From: Epithemia pelagica
Lineage: Eukaryota; Protista; Bacillariophyta
Length of the DNA: 64,000 nucleotides
Assembly (NCBI GenBank): GCA_946965045.2
Contig: OX337241.1
Location: forward strand, 1,116,001-1,180,000
Reading direction: 5' to 3'
Part shown: positions 45,230 through 55,550 of the stretch, in pieces
Position numbering within the stretch: position 1 is the stretch's first letter
How the letters are laid out: each line of letters opens with the position of its first letter
Notes under the pieces: generated by a model
What the model was told of the DNA's origin: nothing
Database searches by the model: none
What the model saw: only the letters and a program-made list of their open reading frames with translations
Position numbers and translations under genes: made by a program

Positions 45230-47812
45230 ATGAGTAAGGCTGCGCAAGAAAACCTTGAGATTCCACAGAATCAGGAACGGCAAATTGTCAATGCCGAGGA
45301 CCCTTCTACAGAGGAAGCGATGAAGGAACACGCCGTTGCCAAGAAGAAGCCGTCACGCCACGCACGCCCTGAGTACCCCAAGTTATCATTGATTGCTGGC
45401 GACACCGATGATTCGAGAGATGATGAGGAAATTAAGAAGGGCAAAGAAGAATGGCTGGAGAATGGGGAGGAGCAAATTAAGGAGAGACAGAGAAATGCTT
45501 TCGGTGATGATGCTCCCACTTTCTTTCGTGACTTGGACTCTGACGACAAAAAGTCAACGCGGTTTCTGAGAGCCACGGATATCTTGAAAAATATTTGGCC
45601 GGGTGGGGAAATCAATCTGGACGACATCGATACCATAATTGAGCGACTACAGAACATTCCATATCTGGGAAATGGAACCTTGAAAAACGATCTTGACCAT
45701 GCCCGAGGGATTTGCAATGCCAGCGGCGACGACGACAATAATGACGGGATCAGTGATCAAATGAAGAAACGTTTGGCAAGCATTCAAGACGAAGGGACTC
45801 GTAAGTTTTTTTTGGCGCTAGCAAAAAAAAACAGAGGAAGACAATGAACGTACATAACCAACTCTTATTTCTCTCTGGTTTGAACCAGGCCGAAGCGACA
45901 AAAACCACCTGTTCTCCTAGCGGTGGCGCGAATACCAACGAATCTACGGCCTCCAAGAAGCGAAAGAGGAATGAAGAAGAAGCAAAACTCGAGGAAAGAC
46001 GCGAGGTCTACGCGCTTGCAGAAGCGGAAACGATTTTTTCACCGATCTTGGAAGGTCCTGCAGACATTGAAGACGTTCTACAGGACCTTACCAAGGTTAG
46101 TCCACACGACAAAGCAGAAAAACGTCTGAGAAAGGTAATGACTGTTCTCGAAAGGTACCTTGAAGAAGCAACCTTTTTGAAGAACCACGATAACCTGTAC
46201 AGGGAAAAAGTAGAGAAAGGGCTAAAAGCCTTGCGGCACAAAATTCGTCAGACGAGCATGGAGCCTGAGGATTCTTATACCAGTGACTCAGCGTCATCCC
46301 AGTCGGAAGTCTCTTCCTCTACTGCAACACCCGAAGAGAAATATGCACCCGGGGCGTATGCTCACGAAACAGATGGCACGCAGCCTTGGATTCGGTGTCT
46401 TTTACAGTTGATCGGTGCGTGTTGGGAACCCGATTCTTCGGAGAGATCCAGCCCAGCAAAAAATTTTGTTCTCAGAGAGGTTATGATTCCAAGTACCCGT
46501 TATCGACGCAAACGATCGATGGACTTCTTGCTTCAGAAGAAAGGGCGATTAGAAGCCGTTATTTTTGACGATAATCTGACGGTTCCTGTGGAAGCAAAGC
46601 CGGGATGCCGTAGTTCTGAGAAACACGACAAACTCTGGAATGAGGCCACAAATAAAGTTTTATCTCACCTTGCGAAGCATCTTTTCGTTGGCTTCAATTT
46701 TGCGTGCTGGGGTGTGCCCTGTCACATTACTGGGATTGTTGTGTCCATGGCCGCCATTCAGATTTTGCAGCTGCGTTATAAAAACGTGGGTTCACCTGAC
46801 GCCAAGTTGGTGTTATATCGGTCCCAGCTGATGCCTCTCATGAAAGTTGGGCACTTGAAAAATGGGCAGACTCCGCGGGAGATGAAAACAAAGAATCGTT
46901 TGATTCACTCAGAAGAGTTCTGTACAGGACGGACGGGAGAGGTGGATTGGATGATGTTGGACTTCCCCTGGGAGTTCGGGCACTGTTGAATCTTATGAAT
47001 CAACCCAGTAATAAACTGTATGGCTTCTCAGTGGACATTGAAGCCGAGATCTTGGGCCCTCAGATCGGGAGCGGTGGAACGGCGATAGTTTTTCGCAGAA
47101 AGGGTGACGCCGCGAGTGTGATAAAGGTTTCTCGGTATGGTATCAAGAGGGGCATTAACAACGAAAGGGAAATATTGAAGAAGCTGGCAACTGGTTGCAC
47201 AAACCTTCCTAAGGAAATCGCCAACACTTTTCAAGGAAACAAGTTGGAGGTCAAGCTTGGCTGTGTTAAAATTTCTTTGCCCGCCATTGAGCTGAGTCCT
47301 GCTGGGAAAAATGCGTCTGCGTATTTGAATTCATTAGAGAAGACAAAAGCTTTGGGCTTGCGCCTCATCATCGAGGGGATCAATTCGGCCTTGCAGTATT
47401 TACATGAAAAAAAAATTTGTCATTGTGATGTGACTCCCAAAAATATAATCATCGTTGAGGGAAAAGTGATACGAGAGCGGTGCTGATTGACTTCTCGGTT
47501 GCGCGAAAGCTCGGAGAAAGCGTCACTGGCTTTTTGGGGACACCGGATTACACCCACCGCGAAATATTTCTTAAAGAAACTTGAACGACTTGTGAGGAAA
47601 AAGACAAAGCAGGGCTTGGGTTCACGATGGCTTTTTTCGCAAATGGTTCTATTTTACCATGGGAGGCACTTACGTCTAGCTCTGAATTGAAATCTGCATT
47701 AGATAATCGCCTCGAAAGAGCCCAAGGGGTCACCAAACACATCAAGTTCGGGCAAGAAATCAAGGCAGAAATTGAAAAGCTTCTTGAGTATGACAAGATT
47801 GGTAGCAAGTAG
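45230..47812 (+). pseudogene. Frameshifted copy of the nuclease-like/kinase gene (unit 2)
   Basis: Deletion of ~50 nt near 45835 and 1-nt shifts near 46860 and 47460 relative to 50168-52795. Confidence 0.85.
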
Positions 47813-48499
47813 TACCTAACGGCCTCGTCCGAAAAACGATAGTCTCACGATCCTGCGAAATAGCTTGTTGTTTCAATACGGATTGTGCTATTTTGGAGGT
47901 ATGGGCGAACTACTTCCTCTTTGTAGACAGTTACGAGTAACCCACGAGGAATCGATGTCCACGCTGATTGACGCAATGCAACACAGAGAAACGCACGAAA
48001 GGAGCCGAGAAAATGAATCCTTATGTATTCGGAATTCACATGAACAAAGGTTTTAGATGACTCCACTTGGTTGGATAGATGAGCACAACTGGTTTACGAT
48101 CTGAACCGGATTCCAGGGTGCTTTGGGATTGGCCCATATCCTAATCTACTCCAACCAGAACTGTGTTTTACTAGTGAAAAAAAAAATGAAAGAATCTTGG
48201 TGGCGCGTTAGCGATACTGCTGTATTCTTTGGCAAAAAAGACACGTGTTGCGAATACATTGCGTGAAGTGTGTGTGTGAGTGTGCCGTTCCAATAATGTC
48301 ATCTCCATCCCTATCGCGAACCATGTGTGTTTGCCGCCGTCCTGTCAAATGTTGAACTGTGATTGACTTTGTGTGTCTCTGTCGTTGGTTCTGGCTTGTC
48401 TTTCTCCTCATGTCGTCGTCTCGTTGTTCCACCGCAATTCCGACCAGCAGGACCATTCTTGCTTTTCCCGAGTATCATACGTTCATTGTGTCGTTCGTG

Positions 48500-49658
48500 T
48501 TATGGTTGCACCGACTTGGCCTCTGCTTCATCTTCCTCCATGAAAGGCAAGACCGCGACGGCAATTTCATTGCGTCGCAAGATACTCTAGGGTGGATTGT
48601 ACTGAAAGACCACATGGGGGACCGTCGAACCATGGGGGACATCCAATTCCACACCATCCAAGGCCAATCCAGCCAAGAGGGCATTCTTTTGTCGCATGAC
48701 TTCACCCTTGGTGGCAAAGCCTGTAAATCGTCGTACGGCCAACCGGGCGGGAGGAATGTCTTGAATCAAAATTTGACCCGGTTTGTCGAGACCATACCAA
48801 TATTCGTTGGTACTGCTTTCGTCCTGCGCCAAGGGTTCCGGAGGGGACAAAGGGGTGGTTGAGGATGAGGAGCCATTATAAAAGGTCCCAAATAAAAGCG
48901 CATTTCTCCCGACATGGTCGTGGTGACGGGCGTCGTCATTTCCATCGAGACAAACAACTCATGAGCAGTCGTCAATTTTGCAATTCCTCCATCAGCACCA
49001 AATTCTCTTTCTTTCTTCACATTCTCTACAGTGCATACACCACCCACCTTGATGGTTTCTTGATGCACCAATTCATCAATTTCATCTGTCGTCACTCCTA
49101 CCGCAACCGCACGTCCCGCCAAGTCCAATATTTCTCGCGCCAAGGCACCTGCCTCTCGCATTTTTTCAATTTCCTTGGCTGTTTTGACTTCAATCATCCA
49201 CACGGCAACAAAGGTTTGGCGGCACTCCGTCCTGGCGTCCCAGTTTCGGCATAATCGGGCTTGAGAATTTCTGGTACCGTCACAATCTTTTGAGGACTTT
49301 GTTGTCCTGGACGAATGGCTCCCGCATATGGAAATCGATCCAGTTGTTGCGGCATGGGTGCCGTCGTTGTCTAGGAGGACGATGAAGTGGTTCGGCTCTT
49401 GCTGCTGGTGCTGCCACCACCAAATCCCTTGGACGCTTTGGCAGTCGACTTTTTCTTTTTGTTGTGCATCATAAATAAAGACCATTCCTGATCTCTCCTC
49501 GTTGCTGTTGATGTTTGAACGGAGGACCATTGTGTTCTGGATATCTCCATGGATCCTCCTGTTTGTGGAGCCCCAAGAAACGCACTTGCGTGGGCAAGAA
49601 ACGAGAGCAACAGGAACAGGTTACAGACGCATATCCTTGACATGATTTCTAATCTCAT
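48500..49658 (-). pseudogene. Second MetAP-5'/SOUL-3' chimeric pseudogene
   Basis: Identical junction at 48951/48952; extra in-frame stop in the MetAP part. Confidence 0.88.
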
Positions 49659-52600
49659 GGTCGTTCTGGCACTTCTGATTTCTCTGATTGTTTCCGCAAT
49701 GTCCAGACTTCCTTTTTTCTTGTTAGATCCACAGGAACCAAGAGGACCACCTTGATCTAATTTGGTTTAGATTATTTGTTGTTTTGGTGCTTGCGTGTTA
49801 TGGCACGAGCTTCTGCGTGTTCTTTGATTCGCCCCGCAGATTTCTCGTGTCAGTGTGGCTCCATCCATCAACTGCCCCACCATGTCAGATTGAGTCGCGA
49901 AAACGATCCATGCCAGAATAATTGATGCACCCGAGATTGATCTATCTGCGATCTGCGGGGAGTCCGTGCGGAGTATATTATAGTCCGGAGGAAGGTTGTT
50001 GGAAGCAAAATTTCATGTCACACAGCCAGTCGTGCGAAGAGACTCCTCCAAAGCAGCTCTACGTTTCAAAGGAAGACACAAGTCGGTTGCAATCAACTTC
50101 TTGTTGCGTCGTTTCACGATAAGAGGTCAGGACAAACAAAGAGTTCAAGACAACAAAGCAATACAAAATGAGTAAGGCTGCGCAAGAAAACCTTGAGATT
50201 CCACAGAATCAGGAACGGCAAATTGTCAATGCCGAGGACCCTTCTACAGAGGAAGCGATGAAGGAACACGCCGTTGCCAAGAAGAAGCCGTCACGCCACG
50301 CACGCCCTGAGTACCCCAAGTTATCATTGATTGCTGGCGACACCGATGATTCGAGAGATGATGAGGAAATTAAGAAGGGCAAAGAAGAATGGCTGGAGAA
50401 TGGGGAGGAGCAACTTAAGGAGAGACAGAAAAATGCTTTCGGTGATGATGCTCCCACTTTCTTTCGTGACTTGGACTCTGACGACAAAAAGTCAACGCGG
50501 TTTCTGAGAGCCACGGATATCTTGAAAAATATTTGGCCGGGTGGGGAAATCAATCTGGACGACATCGATACCATAATTGAGCGACTACAGAACATTCCAT
50601 ATCTGGGAAATGGATCCTTGAAAAACGATCTTGACCGTGTCCGACAGATTCGCAATGCCAGCGGCGACGAAGACAATAATGACGGGATCAGTGATCAAAT
50701 GAAGAAACGTTTGGCAAGCATTCAAGACGAAGGGACTCGTAAGTTTTTTTTGGCGCTAGCAAAAAAAAAACAATTGTCGATAATAAGAAGCAATATTTCT
50801 GATGTCCTGGTTGAAGTCATGAGGAAGACAATGAACGTACATAACCAACTCTTATTTCTCTCTGGTTTGAACCAGGCCGAAGCGACAAAAACCACCTGTT
50901 CTCCTAGCGGTGGCGCGAATACCAACGAATCTACGGCCTCCAAGAAGCGAAAGAGGAATGAAGAAGAAGCAAAACTCGAGGAAAGACGCGAGGTCTACCC
51001 GCTTGCGGAAGCGGAAACGATTTTTTCACCGATCTTGGAAGATCCTGTAGATATTGAAGAGGTTCTACAGGACCTTACCGAGGTTAGTCCACACGAAAAA
51101 GCACAAAAACGTCTGAGAAAGGTAATGATTGTTCTCGAAAGGTACCTTGAAGAAGCAACCTTTTTGAAGAACAAAGATAATCACTACAGTGACAAAGTAG
51201 AGAAAGGGCTAAAAGCCTTGCGGCACAAAATTCGTCAGACGAGCACGGAGCCTGAGGATTCTTATACCAGTGACTCGGCGTCATCCCAGTCGGAAGTCTC
51301 TTCCTCTACTGCAACACCCGAAGAGAAATATGCACCCGGGGCGTATGCTCACGAAACAGATGGCACGCAGCCTTGGATTCGATGTCTTTTACAGTTGATC
51401 GGTGCGTGTTGGGAACCCGATTCTTCGGAGAGATCCAGCCCAGCAAAAAATTTTGTTCTCAGAGAGGCTAGGACTCCAAGTTCCCCGTATCGACGCAAAC
51501 GATCGGTGGATTTCTTGCTCCAGAAGAAAGGGCGATTGTCAGCCGTTATTCTTGACAATAATATGACGGTTCCGGTGACAGCAAAGCCGGGATGCCGTGG
51601 TTCTGATCAACCCGATACTCTTTGGAATGAGGCCACAAATCAAGTTTTAGCTCACCTTGCGAAGCATCTTGTCGTTGGCTTCAACTTCGCGGGCTGGGGT
51701 GTGCCCTGTCATATTACTGGGATTGTTGTCTCCATGGCCGCCATTCAGATTTTGCAGCTCGGTTATGAAAACGTGAGTACACCTGACGCCAAGTTGGTGT
51801 TGTATCAGTCCAAGCTGATGCCTCTTATGAAAGTTGAACACTTCCAAAAATGGACCGACTCGGCGGGACATACTTATCAAGAATCATTCGATACACTAAA
51901 AACAGATCTGTACGGGACGGACGGGACTGGTGGAGTAGATGGTGTTGGACTTCCCTTGGGAGTTCGGGTCCTGTTCAATCTTATGAATCAACCCAGTGAG
52001 AAACTGTATGGCTTCTCAGTGGACAGTCAAGCAGATATCTTGGGCACTCCAATCGGGAGCGGCGGAACTGCGATAGTTTTTCGCAAAAAGGGTGACGCCG
52101 CGAGTGTGATAAAGGTTTCTCGGTATGGTATCAAGAGGGGCATTAAGAACGAAAGGGAAATATTGAAGAAGCTGGCAGCTGGTTGCACAAACCTTCCTAA
52201 GGAAATCGCCAACAGTTTTCCAGGAGACAAGTTGCAGGTCAAGCTTGGCTGTGTTAAAATGTCTTTGCCCGCCATTGAGCTGAGTCCTGCTGGGAAAAAT
52301 GCGTCTGTGTATTTGAATTCGACAAAGAAGACAAAAGTTCCGGGCTTGCGCCTCATCTTCGAAGGGATCAATTCGGCCTTGAAGTATTTGCATGAAAAGA
52401 AGATTTGTCATTGTGATGTGACTCCCCAAAATATAATCATCGTTGGGGAAGAAAGTAATGCGAGAGCTGTGTTGATTGACTTCTCGGTTGCGCGAGATCT
52501 CGGAGAAAGCGTCACTGGCTTTGGGGGGACACCGGACTACACCCACCGCGAAATATTTCTGAAGAAAACTTGGACGTCTGGTAAGGAAAAAGACAAAGCA

Positions 52601-53950
52601 GGGCTTGGGTTCACGATGGCCTTTTTCGCGAATGACTCTATTTTACCATGGGAGTCACTTGCGTCTAGCTGGGAATTGGAATCTGCATTGGAGAATCGCC
52701 TCGAAAGGGCCCTAGAGGTAACCCAAGAAGCCGATTGCGAGCAACACATCAAGACAGAAATTGAAAAGCTTCTCGACTGTGACAAGAATTGGTAGCAAGC
52801 AGTACCTAACGGCCTCATCCGAAAAACGATAGTCTCACATTCCTGCGAAATAGCTTGTTGTTTCAATACGGATTGTGCTATTTTGGAGGTATGGGCGAAC
52901 TACTTCCTCTTTGTAGACAGTTTCGAGTAACCCACGAGGAATCGATGTCCACGCTGGTTGACGCAATGCAATACAGAGAGAGGCACGAAAGGAGCCGAGA
53001 AAATGAATCCTTATATATTCGGAGTTCACATGACCAATGGTTTTAGATGACTCCACTTGCTTGGATGGATGAGCACAGGACCACACAATTGGTTTCAGGA
53101 TCTGACCCGCATTCCAGGAGTGCTTTGGGACTGGCCCCTGTCCTAATCTACTCCAACCAGAACTGTGTAAAAAGAAGGAAAGAATCTCTATTCTTGGTGG
53201 GGCGTTAGCGATACTGCTGCATTCTTTGGCAAAAAAGACACGTGTTCCGAATTCATTGAAGTGTGTGTGAGTGTGCCGTTCCAATAATGTCATCTCCATC
53301 CTTATCGCGAACCATGTGTGTTTGCCGCCGTCCTGTCAAATGTTGGAAATGTGATTTTTGTTTGTCTCTGTCGTTGGTTCTGGCTTGTCTTTCTCCTCAG
53401 GTCGTCATCTCGTTGTTCCACCGCAATTCCGACCAGCATGACCATTCTTGCTTCTCCCGAGTATATACGTTCATTGTGTCGTTCGTGTTATGGTTGCACC
53501 GACTTGGCCTCTGCTTCTGCTTCTTCCTCCATGAAAGGCAAGACTGCGACGGCAATTTCATTGCGTTTCAAGACGGGCAGGGTATAGGGTGGATTGTACT
53601 GAAAGACCACATGGGGGACCGTCGAACCATGGGGGACATCCAATTCCACACCATCCAAGGCCAATCCAGCCAAGAGGGCATTCTTTTGTCTCATGACTTC
53701 ACCCTTGGTGGCAAAGCCTGTAAATCGTCGTACGGCCAAACGGGCGGGAGGAATGTCTTGAATCAAAATTTGACCCGGTTTGTCGAGACCATACCAATAT
53801 TCGTTGGTACTGCTTTCGTCCTGCGCCAAGGGTTCCGGAGGGGACAAAGGGGTGGTTGAGGATGAGGAGCCATCATAACGGGGTCCCAAATAAAAGCGCA
53901 TTTCTCCCGACATGGTCGTGGTGACGGGCGTCGTCATTTCCATCGAGACA
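48952..53950. repeat. Tandem unit 3 (~5.0 kb)
   Basis: Ends inside the intact SOUL gene at ..CCATCGAGACA. Confidence 0.9.
50168..52795 (+). CDS. Protein with a putative PD-(D/E)xK nuclease-like domain and a C-terminal divergent Ser/Thr kinase (Crinkler/RHS-effector-like architecture)
   Basis: Kinase: IGSGGTAIV, VIK, E(REIL), YLHEKKICHCDVTPQN, LIDFS, GTPDY. Upstream: VDFLL..VPVTAK..NQ. The kinase call is solid; the nuclease call is tentative. Confidence 0.75.
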   Translation: MSKAAQENLEIPQNQERQIVNAEDPSTEEAMKEHAVAKKKPSRHARPEYPKLSLIAGDTDDSRDDEEIKKGKEEWLENGEEQLKERQKNAFGDDAPTFFRDLDSDDKKSTRFLRATDILKNIWPGGEINLDDIDTIIERLQNIPYLGNGSLKNDLDRVRQIRNASGDEDNNDGISDQMKKRLASIQDEGTRKFFLALAKKKQLSIIRSNISDVLVEVMRKTMNVHNQLLFLSGLNQAEATKTTCSPSGGANTNESTASKKRKRNEEEAKLEERREVYPLAEAETIFSPILEDPVDIEEVLQDLTEVSPHEKAQKRLRKVMIVLERYLEEATFLKNKDNHYSDKVEKGLKALRHKIRQTSTEPEDSYTSDSASSQSEVSSSTATPEEKYAPGAYAHETDGTQPWIRCLLQLIGACWEPDSSERSSPAKNFVLREARTPSSPYRRKRSVDFLLQKKGRLSAVILDNNMTVPVTAKPGCRGSDQPDTLWNEATNQVLAHLAKHLVVGFNFAGWGVPCHITGIVVSMAAIQILQLGYENVSTPDAKLVLYQSKLMPLMKVEHFQKWTDSAGHTYQESFDTLKTDLYGTDGTGGVDGVGLPLGVRVLFNLMNQPSEKLYGFSVDSQADILGTPIGSGGTAIVFRKKGDAASVIKVSRYGIKRGIKNEREILKKLAAGCTNLPKEIANSFPGDKLQVKLGCVKMSLPAIELSPAGKNASVYLNSTKKTKVPGLRLIFEGINSALKYLHEKKICHCDVTPQNIIIVGEESNARAVLIDFSVARDLGESVTGFGGTPDYTHREIFLKKTWTSGKEKDKAGLGFTMAFFANDSILPWESLASSWELESALENRLERALEVTQEADCEQHIKTEIEKLLDCDKNW

Positions 53951-55084
53951 CCCTCCTTGTTGGCACCAAAGAGGTAGGCTGCCAAAGTATTAAAGGCCGC
54001 ACCATTCTGCGCCGGGGAGTAGGGATCGGACGTAGAATCTTGATTGGACGGCAGGGGTTCCGCATCCTCCTTGTCCTTATCGTTACCGATACTGCCCGAT
54101 CCCATGGTTGTGGATGCCACTTGGTACGCCTCGTATTGGCGAATTTCGTAATCGGGTCCTTGCTGTACGACTGTATACGGTGGTTCTTGCAATCCCTCGG
54201 GCGTTTCGGCAAAAATGTTGTTGGCTTCCTTGAGCAAATCACGAGATTGTTGGGTCAGTCGTTCGGGAATCCGTTTCCAGGGTTCGTTTTGCATGTCGGA
54301 TTGCATGGTTTTGAATCCATCTTGCAATCGATTTTGCAAGGCATTGAATACGCGATTGCCCACCTTTTCCAAATCCTGAGGATCCAGAGGGGGAAGGGGT
54401 GGTGGGGGTGGCAAAAACGAGGAGCCGCCTTGTGCCGACAAGGGTTTTTTGGGCGACGAAGCAGTCGTCGGAGGGGGGAGCAATTCCGGCAATATATCCG
54501 AGGTCAATTGACGGGCTACGGCCCGCGATCCTTCGCGCAATCGTTTCCCACGAGGGGTCAACAAGGGATCAATCTGTGTAGAGTTCCAAACAACAACACA
54601 CATTGTGATTAGAACAAGGACCCAGGAGACGACGACAGCCATTGTCGACCACAGCAACACACATTGAAAGGGTCGACCCTTTCCAAAATCAGAAACGTAC
54701 CGATCGATCTCGAATGGCGGATTCCACAGAAGATCGAATGTCTTGATTCGACGAGACCAAATCCGAAAAGAGCGCTTGTCGTTGCGTGACGGGTGTCGAT
54801 GGATCCAAAAAATCTTCCAAAATGACTTTCCAATCTCGCTTTTCGTTGGCCGCTGCCGAAGTCGTAGTTGTTTGGCGGTTCTTGTTGTTGTTGTTGCTTG
54901 GCAAAGATTCTTGGTCGTTATCGTCCAACGATGCGGCAAAGGAGGCCAAGTCATTGACCGTGTTGGTATTGGAGATTTCTGCCGCTTGCAATCGGGCGAG
55001 ATTCTGCGACGACGACGGAGTGGCCACAAAGGCTTCCACCACGACCAATGGCGAAATGTAAATTAGCGACGACAGACAACGCAT
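53488..55084 (-). CDS. SOUL heme-binding protein, plastid-targeted; join complement(53488..54573,54701..55084), 489 aa
   Basis: EPPYTV, YEIRQY, FNTLAAYLFG, MEMTTPV, QYNPPYT..RNE. VEA-F presequence. GTACGT..CAG intron at 54574-54700. Confidence 0.93.
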
Positions 55085-55430
55085 CGTGTATTCGGTTCGA
55101 AGAGCGGTGGATTGAAACGCAGGAGGAATGAGAGGAGGGTGGAGAACAAACCACACACAGAGAGTCCAAACTTTCACAAAGAGGGGATCGAGTCACTGCA
55201 AGCGAACATCACACACGAAAAAGGGTGATGAATTGAAGCCAAAGGATTTTGGATTGTGGTGCAGGGCACGCGACGACCGCCGTTTGACGAAGAAGCCAGA
55301 TGATGTCGAAGGCTTCTTTTTCGTTTCGCCCGTTCCGAAAAGATTTGACCGTTCCCCGCGAAGGTCCAATTTCCAATTTCCAGCGCTCAAAGACTTACAA
55401 TACACGACCCGTACGTGTCAGCGATAGACC

Positions 55431-55523
55431 TCTAGCCAAGTAGCTAGACTAGTGATACCGACACTAGATATACTAGCCTAGTGATACTAGCTAGACTCTA
55501 GTGATACCATCGCTATGTCTAGG
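55431..55523. repeat. CTAG-rich internally repetitive segment at the left edge of the YR element
   Basis: 10 CTAG in about 93 nt; CTAGTGATAC x3; TAGCTAGAC x2. Confidence 0.8.
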
Positions 55524-55550
55524 TGACAGACCAATGACGTAAGAGAAGAA

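Larger units (their letters stand above)
38334..48951. repeat. Tandem unit 2 (~4.9 kb plus the 5.7-kb retroelement)
   Basis: Same content as unit 3, interrupted at 39213/44890. Confidence 0.9.
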
